A DNA stretch of 63,493 nucleotides, counting the filler. It is 3 parts of 3 records of this genome, joined end to end, with 100 filler letters (N's around TTAATTAATTAA, not from the genome) between each part and the next. Parts side by side here need not be neighbours in the genome. Positions count along the whole stretch, not along the records: positions 1 to 15,721 come from SRR31156797_4461; positions 15,822 to 33,229 come from SRR31156797_4475; 1 more part is not named here. One strand, given 5' to 3'. The first letter of the stretch is position 1. Every line of letters starts with the position of its first letter. The notes under the pieces were generated by a model that did no database searches, had not been told where the DNA came from, and saw only the letters and a program-made list of their open reading frames with translations. The position numbers and the translations under genes were made by a program. Below are positions 8,487-16,500 of the stretch, piece by piece.

Positions 8487-9755
8487 TCAGGTGCTTTTGG
8501 GGGCCGCCGTATCTGGTGGCGAGTTAGGGTTGGGCTTTATTTTGGGGGATCTATCGACTTGTAACCCGATCGCTTTTGCACGTTTCTCCCATTGTTTCCG
8601 CGCCAAAGCTTGCATGTCTTCTACCTTATCTGTCTCGTCTACAATTTCCATACCAAGCAGTGTTTCTACAATATCCTCAAGCGTCACCAGACCTTTCGTG
8701 CCACCGTATTCGTCAACAACAAGAGCAATATGCTGTCGATGATCGAGAAAAGATTCCAGCAGTTCCGATAACGGCATCTGACCGGAAACCGTCATGAGGT
8801 CACGCCTCAAGGTCGCAAGTTTTTTTTCTGTTTGCTCCTGTGCATTTGATATCAACATGTCCGTTTTTAGAATAAACCCCGTAATATCATCAAGACCCTT
8901 TCCGTACACTGGCAGGCGAGAGAATGAAGTGTGCGACTGTAAGTTCAGAGCTTCTGCAACGGTCATATCCTGTTGGAGCGAAACAATCACCGTACTTGGT
9001 GTCATAATATCTTTTGCTTCTATTGACTCAAATCGGAAGAGATTACGAATAATTCCTGATTCACGTTCTCTTAGCTGGCCGGCTTGTTCCCCTATCTCCG
9101 CCATAGCAATAAACTCTTTTCGGCTAAAAACATGCAGGCTTTTCCCGCGAGCAATCAGTTTGGTTAATTTTTCTGAAACCCAGATCAAAGGGAGAAGGGT
9201 GAAAATCAGACTGCGCACAAAAAACGCGGTGGGTCCTACGAGCTTTCGCCAGTAAACGGCGCCTAATGTCTTGGGTATAATTTCGGAGAGAAAGAGAATC
9301 AACAAGGTCATGATTGCCGAAAAGAGTCCGAACCAGGTGCTGCCGAATACGATCGTAGCCTTTGCACCGGAACCTATCGCGCCGACCGTATGGGCGATGG
9401 TATTCAAGGTGAGGATAGCCGCAAGTGATTGGTCAACATCCTCCTGCTTTAATCGTTTTAAAAGCGCCGCAAGTTTAGGCCGGTCTTGTTGCAATCCAGC
9501 AATATAAGAGGGTGTAATGCTCAAAAGGACAGCTTCTGCCACAGAACAAAGAAAGGAAAAAACGAGCGCCATCAGAATGTATGTTACTAATAGTACAACA
9601 TCAGTATGCGTATATTCAGTACCTGAGGCTGGAGTACTTTCCGTACCTAGCGCGAATACTGTACTGGCTGTAATGAAAAACAACCCGAAGACGACTGACC
9701 AACGGAACCGATTACGTGTTAATTTCATCCTTGCTATCCTTATGTCTACGTTCAA
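8487..9755 (-). CDS. CNNM/DUF21 + CBS-pair protein (CorB/HlyC-like Mg2+ homeostasis)
   Basis: Motifs SFLCSVAEAVLLS, LTLNTIAHTVG, SEIIPKTLG, FSRLPVY and VVDEYGGTKGLVTLEDIVE. Exact start uncertain. Confidence 0.9.
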   Translation of the reverse strand: MNVDIRIARMKLTRNRFRWSVVFGLFFITASTVFALGTESTPASGTEYTHTDVVLLVTYILMALVFSFLCSVAEAVLLSITPSYIAGLQQDRPKLAALLKRLKQEDVDQSLAAILTLNTIAHTVGAIGSGAKATIVFGSTWFGLFSAIMTLLILFLSEIIPKTLGAVYWRKLVGPTAFFVRSLIFTLLPLIWVSEKLTKLIARGKSLHVFSRKEFIAMAEIGEQAGQLRERESGIIRNLFRFESIEAKDIMTPSTVIVSLQQDMTVAEALNLQSHTSFSRLPVYGKGLDDITGFILKTDMLISNAQEQTEKKLATLRRDLMTVSGQMPLSELLESFLDHRQHIALVVDEYGGTKGLVTLEDIVETLLGMEIVDETDKVEDMQALARKQWEKRAKAIGLQVDRSPKIKPNPNSPPDTAAPKST

Positions 9756-9837
9756 AATTTTCTATTGACCATGGTGGAGTCGGTGTGCTTCTATACGGTG
9801 AGCATTGAATTCTTTCTTTTATATGAGGTACTATACC

Positions 9838-9999
9838 ATGCAAGAAGATAAGATAATCACCGTTTCCTGCCCCAAATGCGGCTCCAAAATTACGGAAAAG
9901 CTCAGCTACTTTCAAACACCTGGAAAATCCTGTACCGCTTGCTGCCGACCTTTCTCCTCAACCCGGTTTAAAATGGCCATTGAAAAGGCATTGGAGTAG
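9838..9999 (+). CDS. Small zinc-ribbon protein
   Basis: 53 aa with CPKCG and CTAC motifs. GAGG RBS upstream of the ATG at 9838. Confidence 0.6.
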   Translation: MQEDKIITVSCPKCGSKITEKLSYFQTPGKSCTACCRPFSSTRFKMAIEKALE

Positions 10000-10274
10000 T
10001 TGTCGCTAAGGGCGAGGAGCGCAGGCGGTAACGATGCTGGCTATTATGTGGCTGATCCTTTTCGGTCAGATGTTAATGTAATTCACATTTAGAGTCATAA
10101 ATAATCCTTGCAGCCTTGCTGAATACTTTACGGGAACAAACCGTAACCTGATTGTTAGGTGTACAAAGTGGATTTGATATTTTAACCTAACTTCAGTGGC
10201 ACTCGTCTGTCCTCGAATAGGGCAGATATTCTGTTCTTGAATAATTTGGTGTTCAGACTCCGTGGGACGATATT

Positions 10275-11603
10275 TCATTTTTCGTTATCTATATTGTCAA
10301 ATATATCACCCTGGAAAAGTGGCTCTTTCAAGGCTACAATAGCTTTTGCTGGCGGTGGTGGTCGAAACAGGTGGCCAGTTATCATACCTCTTGTTGTTCC
10401 AAAAGCAGCAACTGTCCACGCTCCAAGCAGCCCTATGTAGTAGAGAATACTTGTCCATTCAAACAGCGGTAATCCTGTGTGGTTTGCCAACTGCGCTATA
10501 CCGGTTACGCAAGTGCCGACTGGAAATGTAAATGCCCAATAAGTAAGGGCAAATTTCATTTGTCTATAGTGCGCTCGAATTGATAACAGTATTGCCATAC
10601 AGGTCCAGAGCAGCACAAAACCCAGAACAGGGACACCATAAAGTACTGCAAATACCTCAAATCCAGATGCTATTTCGGAAGGTACTGCACCCTTTGAAAC
10701 GGTACCAAGTATACCTGCAGCTGTCATTGACTGCCCAAGCGGCCCCAGTACAATCCAAAGGGTAGGGACACGGGAAGTACCTGATGTTCCATGATGAGCC
10801 AAACGGCTCCATATCATACAAATAATAATCATTACGGCTATCAGGCTAAGGCCAAACATGGAGAAACAGAGGTAGAACATTGTTTCTCTCTGTACACCTT
10901 CCGGGGCATACGGTACAAGCATAGCGCCTGTGGCAGCTGATACCATAGGAGGAACAACCGGCATGAGCCAACCACCAAAGGCAGAGTCCGGCCGGACCCT
11001 GAATTTGGTAAACAGGCGATAAGGAATAACAAGAGCCGAACCAAGCCCGGCAAAGGTGCCTAAAAACCAAAGGCCCCAGGCAATGTTCAGGGCAGCTTGA
11101 TGGCCGAGCACACTTTCTCCAACTAATAACGTCCCCCCGGCTACTGTGAGCATAGCCATAGGTGGTGCTCCATAGAACTGGGCCATCATAGGGTCTCTAA
11201 AGTGCTTGCTCCAAACACTATGCCCAGTAACCAGGAGAACGAATGTCCACGTGACCAGTCCGATCAACATGATGGAGGCAAGGCACCAAGTTATCAGGGC
11301 GAAAGAGTGGAGCCTATCTGAAAATAGAGGTAAAGAAGCAGCAGCATTTGCTATAATGCCAGTTCCCATAACCGAAGCAAACCAGTTGGGGCCTAACTCA
11401 TAATCATCGTTAGCCCCGGTGACTGAATAAAGGAAGCGTTTCCACCAGAATCCTTTTGAACTTGCATTTTTGAGTTCATCGTCCAATTTTACCATCCTGT
11501 ATTGGGTATATGGTTTAAAAAGACCTCTCCTGCGTTCTGCATCCAAGTCTATTATATACTGGTTCATCTTATATCTCATAAAATGAAGACAGAAGCTCCC
11601 CAA
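10275..11603 (-). CDS. TDT/SLAC1-family (TehA/Mae1-like) transporter
   Basis: Motifs GPNWFASVMGTG, WLMPVVPPMVSA, LGPLGQS and YWAFTFPVG, with about 10 TM segments. The true start may lie slightly downstream. Confidence 0.88.
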   Translation of the reverse strand: MGSFCLHFMRYKMNQYIIDLDAERRRGLFKPYTQYRMVKLDDELKNASSKGFWWKRFLYSVTGANDDYELGPNWFASVMGTGIIANAAASLPLFSDRLHSFALITWCLASIMLIGLVTWTFVLLVTGHSVWSKHFRDPMMAQFYGAPPMAMLTVAGGTLLVGESVLGHQAALNIAWGLWFLGTFAGLGSALVIPYRLFTKFRVRPDSAFGGWLMPVVPPMVSAATGAMLVPYAPEGVQRETMFYLCFSMFGLSLIAVMIIICMIWSRLAHHGTSGTSRVPTLWIVLGPLGQSMTAAGILGTVSKGAVPSEIASGFEVFAVLYGVPVLGFVLLWTCMAILLSIRAHYRQMKFALTYWAFTFPVGTCVTGIAQLANHTGLPLFEWTSILYYIGLLGAWTVAAFGTTRGMITGHLFRPPPPAKAIVALKEPLFQGDIFDNIDNEK

Positions 11604-11756
11604 AAAATAAAACTACCCTCGTGAATTTTCACTGTATTGCGGCCAGATCAGTATAATTTATTTGAGTTTTACCATATTGACTTTGGCCGTCCCGTGCTCT
11701 TGTGATAGCATCTTTAGTATCAGGGACTAATTGTCTCAACATTGATGGGAGCATAT

Positions 11757-11933
11757 ATGCAAGATGGAACCGTAAAGAAGAGAGTTAACATTTCGGAAAA
11801 TCGACTGTATTTATAGGCTTGTGACTGTTTTGGGAAAAAGCAGGCTAAGAGTCTTTATACTGATGGAAGGTTAGCTATTGTTGATCTGAAGCCTGGTTTT
11901 GATGTCTTAATGATCTTTCTACATGCACAATAA
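11757..11933 (+). pseudogene. Short interrupted ORF remnant
   Basis: GGGAG RBS then ATG. Reads MQDGTVKKRVNISENRLYL*ACDCFGKKQAKSLYTDGRLAIVDLKPGFDVLMIFLHAQ, with an in-frame TAG at 11814-11816. The NRLY...LKPGFDV pattern recalls small STAS/SEC14-like proteins (recollection only). Confidence 0.35.
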
Positions 11934-12021
11934 CGGTGCGCTTGCCGGCAGCCAACGTTAAACAAAATGAAAAATTGCTTGATAGTCTATCTGGAGCTGG
12001 TCAGGCACAAATAAGGAATAT

Positions 12022-12783
12022 ATGATGAAATGGTATCATCGGGAGAGTGCCTTGGGAGACATAAATGATAGGATGAGCAGAATGAATAGGGGCGTGCTTG
12101 TGCTTGCCCTTACCCTTTTGCTTCTCTCCCCATGCTCCTTTGCTGCTGACGAGCCTTTCCCTTGGCGGACATTCATACCAGCAATTATCGGACAAGAAAA
12201 AACTGACCAACCTGCTCAATCGGTTACTATTCTGCCAACATATACATTGCAAATGAATGATTATGGCGTCCTCCTTATTGTTGGCGAGGTCTATAATAAC
12301 ACGAGTTCACCCATACGGTTTACACAGGTAACTGCCGATGTCCTTAACGACCAAGATGTCGTTGCCACAGATTGGACTTACGTGATCAGGGAAATTGTTA
12401 TGCCTAAAACAAAGTCCTGCTTTAGGATGCACTCAGGGTATCGTGGTGACTATACTAAGGTGAGGTTTGGACCTGTATTGTTTGATAAAACAGTCGAAAG
12501 ACTTCAAGATTTTACTTTGAGCGGGGTTACCCTGTCTTCAGATGAATCTGGCGACTTTAAACTAACTGGGCTTGCTAAGAACACAACCAGCAGTTCAACA
12601 TCTTTTACCAGTGTTATCGGAACAATCTACGACCAAAATGGGCAAGTAATCGACTGCGATTATACATATTTAAATAACCATACACTGGCTCCACAGGAGT
12701 CGAGTTCTTTTGAAATGCTGACGTCAACCCCGGCAAGTTCGGTTTTCAGCTACCAGCTTCAAACAGATTACAAAGACGATTAA
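12022..12783 (+). CDS. Exported protein with two tandem FxLYD-like domains
   Basis: Signal-like segment (VLVLALTLLLLSPCSFA) followed by two G-x-x-x-N...(I/L)YD..G.V...F repeats. Confidence 0.7.
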   Translation: MMKWYHRESALGDINDRMSRMNRGVLVLALTLLLLSPCSFAADEPFPWRTFIPAIIGQEKTDQPAQSVTILPTYTLQMNDYGVLLIVGEVYNNTSSPIRFTQVTADVLNDQDVVATDWTYVIREIVMPKTKSCFRMHSGYRGDYTKVRFGPVLFDKTVERLQDFTLSGVTLSSDESGDFKLTGLAKNTTSSSTSFTSVIGTIYDQNGQVIDCDYTYLNNHTLAPQESSSFEMLTSTPASSVFSYQLQTDYKDD

Positions 12784-12806
12784 CCCCTGGCAGTTCCCTG
12801 TCTTCC

Positions 12807-12838
12807 CCAAAGCCCACGGCACCCGCTGTGGGCTTTGG
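12807..12838 (+). terminator. Stem-loop downstream of the FxLYD gene
   Basis: CCAAAGCCCACGGC-ACCC-GCTGTGGGCTTTGG forms a 14-bp stem. The U-tract is weak. Confidence 0.55.
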
Positions 12839-12942
12839 CCTGCCATATCAGGAAGAAAATCAAAGTACGATTTGAAATTTTCCCTAGTATTCTTTAACGT
12901 TTATCCTTTGTGTCCAGTGTGTGTCCCTTTTTTTATAAGAAT

Positions 12943-13325
12943 TTATGGCTTGAGCCGGCCAATTCCGGTCACCCTAATCAGATGCCCAGAATCATCATAT
13001 TGTAATGAGGATGACCACATTACACTTCGTACCTCGCCAGTTTGCTTATTTATCTGAGGATCCACTATATGCATAATCTTCTTTTATTCTGCAATGCCTT
13101 TGCTGAACCATTGTATTGTTCGTTCAGCATCATCAAAATGGACAAATTCGAAGACTTGTATACCCATACACTTTCAGGGCTGAGTTCCAGTATTGTTTTT
13201 GCCACGTGGTTTAAAAATAGAAACTTACCCTCTACATCTTTTATTGTGATAAGGTCATGTGTTCCTTCAATAACCTCCCTGTATTTTTCTTTACTCTGTG
13301 ATAAGCCTTTTGTCCTTTTCTGAGC
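12943..13325 (-). pseudogene. PAS-PAC domain remnant (one frameshift, one stop)
   Basis: The minus strand reads AQKRTKGLSQSKEKYREVIEGTHDLITIKDVEGKFLFLNHVAKTILELSPE, then after a frameshift CMGIQVFEFVHFDDAERTIQWFSKGIAE*KKIMHIVDPQINKQTGEVRSVMWSSSLQYDDSGHLIRVTGIGR. Not in the ORF track. Confidence 0.75.
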
Positions 13326-13570
13326 GGTTTCCTCCGGGATGTGTTTTGCATGAACAGTTTGGGTAAAAAAAACGCACTTCCAGCTGGAATAAAGATAAAA
13401 ACAGGAACGCTCAAAAAAAGATGAAGTGATTTATAGAAATGCTCGATTACAGACAGTGGTAGAAGTTGTTCGAATAGAAGCCGAATCGTTTGCAGTGAAA
13501 TTTATAGATATTAACGGGGGGGAAGGAAAAAAGAATGTGGGCACAACTTAAACAGGAGCTGAATCGGTAA
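13326..13570 (+). pseudogene. Possible PilZ-domain C-terminal remnant
   Basis: Pieces in shifting frames: VSSGMCFA*, then DEVIYRNARLQTVVEVVRIEAESFAVKFIDING, then MWAQLKQELNR*. VVR...F(A/G)VKF is typical of PilZ C-termini. Confidence 0.35.
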
Positions 13571-13735
13571 AGCTATTTCAGAACCTCTATAAAGAAAGCC
13601 CATCGACACCAATAAGTAATTTTTTCGTCTTTATTTCGCCTGGTGGGGAAGTAATTCGGTAATGGCCATAGAGAGCAGGCGTACACAGCTTGTACTTTAC
13701 TGGTTACTATAAACCCTATTCTCATTATACAGTGC

Positions 13736-15453
13736 ATGTTCTTTTTTAATGAAATTAATATAAAAAAAACGATTCTTATCTGCTCGCTCACTCTGGTCGC
13801 TTTACTGAGTAGTATTTTTTTGCGCTCTATGTAACTGAAAAATATCTGGTTTTTGAAAAAGAGATGCCGCTCATAGAGCAGGATTTCCTTCAACAACAGC
13901 AGCAACTGCTTAAAAGTATAGTTGATCTCCAAGTTCAGCAGATTGATTTCCGTCGAGACCATATTTATTCCCTTCTGCGGGAAACGCTTGTAAATCGAGT
14001 TCATGAAGCACAAGCTATTGCGGAAAATCTCTATGAAACGAGCAAAGTTGACCATGAGTTGGAACATATTGGCCTGATGATCCGGGAAGCCCTTCGCCCT
14101 ATTCGCTTTGACAATCATCAAGGGTATTTTTTTGCACATTCGATGGAAGGTGTGATCCAGCTTTATCCTCCAGATCGAAGCTATGAAAATCACAATATAA
14201 GTGTTTTAGGTCCGCAACCTTTTGCAATATTTCAAAGAATGAGCAAACTGATCCGTGAAAAAGGCGAAGGTTTTATTGACTATAACTGGCCACTGCCAGG
14301 TGGACCTGGAAAAGGGCATGAAAAAAAGTTGAGCTATATCGCTGCAGTTGAACCTCTTAACTGGTTTATTGGCTCTGGGCACTGCCTTGCTGATTTTGTT
14401 TCGATGACTAAACAGAAAATTATCGATGACATAAATAACAACATAGGCGCTAACCCACTCAACTATTTTTTTGTTTATCAACTCCACAATATTGAAGGGG
14501 GAAAAAATTTTGCTACGATGCTGATAAATCCCAACCGCCCGGATCTTATAGGTAAGTCACTTTCAGACGATTATAAAGATGCACGTGGCAAGAAATTCCG
14601 TAAAGAGTTTCTCCAAGGGCTAAGGCAGAATGGAGAGGCATTTGTTACCTACTGGTATAAAAAACCAGGTATGGTGAAACCTAAGAAAAAAATTAGTTTT
14701 TTTAAACTGTACCCTGAGTGGAATTGGGTTATTGCCAAAGGTACATACCTTGACGATCTTGACGGCATCATTGCCAGCAAAAAAACAGAATTTGAGTATC
14801 AGGTCAAAAAGCAATTAATCGTTTTCACCATCCTTTTCATGGTGTCCGTTGTTGTTATCCTCGTGGTCGCTCACTATTTTGCCAGGGGCATTAATGCGAT
14901 TCTTGATGACTATAAAAGAACTCAAAAAAATCAGCAGGAAAAGCTTGAACAAGCCAACAGTGTACTACATAAACAGGCCACTACTGATAATCTCACGGGT
15001 CTGTATAATCGCCAGTTTTTTAACGAACTATTAAGCAAAGAAATCGCACGTTCCGAGCGCTATCATTCGCCCCTCTCACTCATTATATTTGATATTGATC
15101 GCTTTAAACTGATTAACGATACATTGGGACACCTTAACGGCGACAAAGTCCTTCAGGAACTGGCCATTCTCATTGGTAACCATGTTCGGAAATCAGAGCT
15201 ATTGGCTCGATGGGGCGGGGAGGAGTTTATTCTGCTTGTTCCTGAAAATGACCAGGAGCAGACAACTGTTATTGCAAGAAAAATTTGTACACTTGTATCT
15301 TCATATGATTTTTCTATTGATCGCGTAGTGACCTGCAGTTTCGGTGTCACCCAATTTCGGACCGACGAATCTGCCGGTGATTTTATCAACAGAGCCGACC
15401 AAGCCCTCTACAGCGCCAAGGGAGCGGGGAGAAATACTGTCAAAACCTTGTAA
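13736..15453 (+). CDS. Cache-Cache-TM-GGDEF diguanylate cyclase, frameshifted near the 5' end
   Basis: ORF 13864-15453 has two single-Cache-like domains (GEGFIDYNW, GEAFVTYWYKKP), one TM, TDNLTGLYNR and RWGGEEF. The missing first TM (MFFFNEINIKKTILICSLTLVALLSSIF) starts at ATG 13736 in another frame and joins if the T7 run at 13815-13821 is T8. Confidence 0.88.
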
Positions 15454-15647
15454 TGGCTAACCGTGTTTGATTGAACGAAAAGAAAGGAAAGGGTCGGCCA
15501 GCTTGATTGTAATTCAGAATTAACGACTCATGTATCGAGAAGACAGTAGTGTTATTTTCACAGGCTTGAAATCAGTTTAGCCGGTGGGTACTAACTATTC
15601 ACCTTCTTTGGTGTAGAGCCAAATCGTCTAAAATTACTTGCAGAAAT

Positions 15648-15683
15648 AAAAAAGGGTTAACTCGTGTTGAGTTAACCCTTTTT
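15648..15683 (-). terminator. Bidirectional intrinsic terminator after tRNA-Ala
   Basis: AAAAAAGGGTTAACTC-GTGTT-GAGTTAACCCTTTTT. Confidence 0.85.
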
Positions 15684-15691
15684 CATATACT

Positions 15692-15721
15692 TGGTGGAGC
15701 TATGCGGGATCGAACCGCAGA
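15692..15721 (-). tRNA. tRNA-Ala, 3' part only (T-arm, acceptor stem, CCA), truncated by contig end
   Basis: The reverse complement TCTGCGGTTCGATCCCGCATAGCTCCACCA is the classic bacterial tRNA-Ala 3' end. The anticodon is not visible. Confidence 0.88.
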
Positions 15722-15821
15722 NNNNNNNNNNNNNNNNNNNNNNNNNNNNNNNNNNNNNNNNNNNNTTAATTAATTAANNNNNNNNNNNNNNNNNNNNNNN
15801 NNNNNNNNNNNNNNNNNNNNN
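15722..15821. other. Artificial contig spacer
   Basis: 100 nt of N with a central TTAATTAATTAA (stops in all six frames). Composition changes abruptly across it. Confidence 0.99.
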
Positions 15822-15931
15822 TTAAAATTTAGTTTTTAGTGGATTGAGCTAATAAATTAGTAAAATATCCATTTATTAATATTAGATTAAAAATATTTTG
15901 TTACAATTTTATATCAATTCAAGGATATATT

Positions 15932-16153
15932 ATGAAAATCTCACAAGACAATACGATAAAAGCGCTCCTTGTTCAAAAACAATCACAATCTAATAACTTT
16001 TTAAACGATGGTTTTAGCTCACTACTTGAACAAAATGAGTCAGATTTGGAAAAAGAGATTGAGACGACAACATCCACACACTTAGAGAATCATCAACAAA
16101 ACTTACAATATAAAGCGTATCTTAATAAGCTTACTTTAGAGATTGCAGTGTAA
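15932..16153 (+). CDS. Hypothetical protein
   Basis: AAGGA RBS and an upstream TGnTACAAT extended -10 element. 73 aa with no recognised motif. Confidence 0.5.
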   Translation: MKISQDNTIKALLVQKQSQSNNFLNDGFSSLLEQNESDLEKEIETTTSTHLENHQQNLQYKAYLNKLTLEIAV

Positions 16154-16260
16154 AATCTGCACTCTTTTACATCTAAAAACCACATAATAAATACGATCTT
16201 AAAATAAATTAATCTATAATATCACTTATACACTAACACTTATACAAAAGGAAGATTTGA

Positions 16261-16482
16261 GTGGGACACCTTCAAGTAAAAGAATCTCTCATAGATTCAG
16301 ATGCAAACAATCTTTATAACTCTATTATAAACACTGAAAAACATAGTATTAAATATAACTATGGAGGATATAACAAAAATGATCAAGCGTATGATTTCTC
16401 TTTGATCTGCCCAAATGGTCTGTATAGAGGAAACTATAACAAATCTAGCAAAATTGCGAACTTTATCATTAGAATATTATAG
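16261..16482 (+). CDS. Hypothetical protein
   Basis: GTG start with an AAGGA RBS and TATAAT upstream. No recognised motif. Confidence 0.45.
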   Translation: MGHLQVKESLIDSDANNLYNSIINTEKHSIKYNYGGYNKNDQAYDFSLICPNGLYRGNYNKSSKIANFIIRIL

Positions 16483-16500
16483 ATTCAACTCTCTTATATT

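Noticed and set aside
9772-9779. TGGTGGAG matching the tRNA-Ala 3' end as a possible att-site duplicate
   Set aside because: Only 8 nt match, which is expected by chance, and no integrase is present.
11927-11963. TAAC...GTTAAAC resembling an integron attC
   Set aside because: Far shorter than known attC sites, no L boxes, no second copy and no intI.
13042-14193. ORFs 13042-13323 (+) and 13573-14193 (-)
   Set aside because: Antisense to the PAS remnant and the DGC respectively, with no independent coding signal.
15766-15777. TTAATTAATTAA palindrome (also at 33274-33285)
   Set aside because: Synthetic linker inside the N spacers, not biological.
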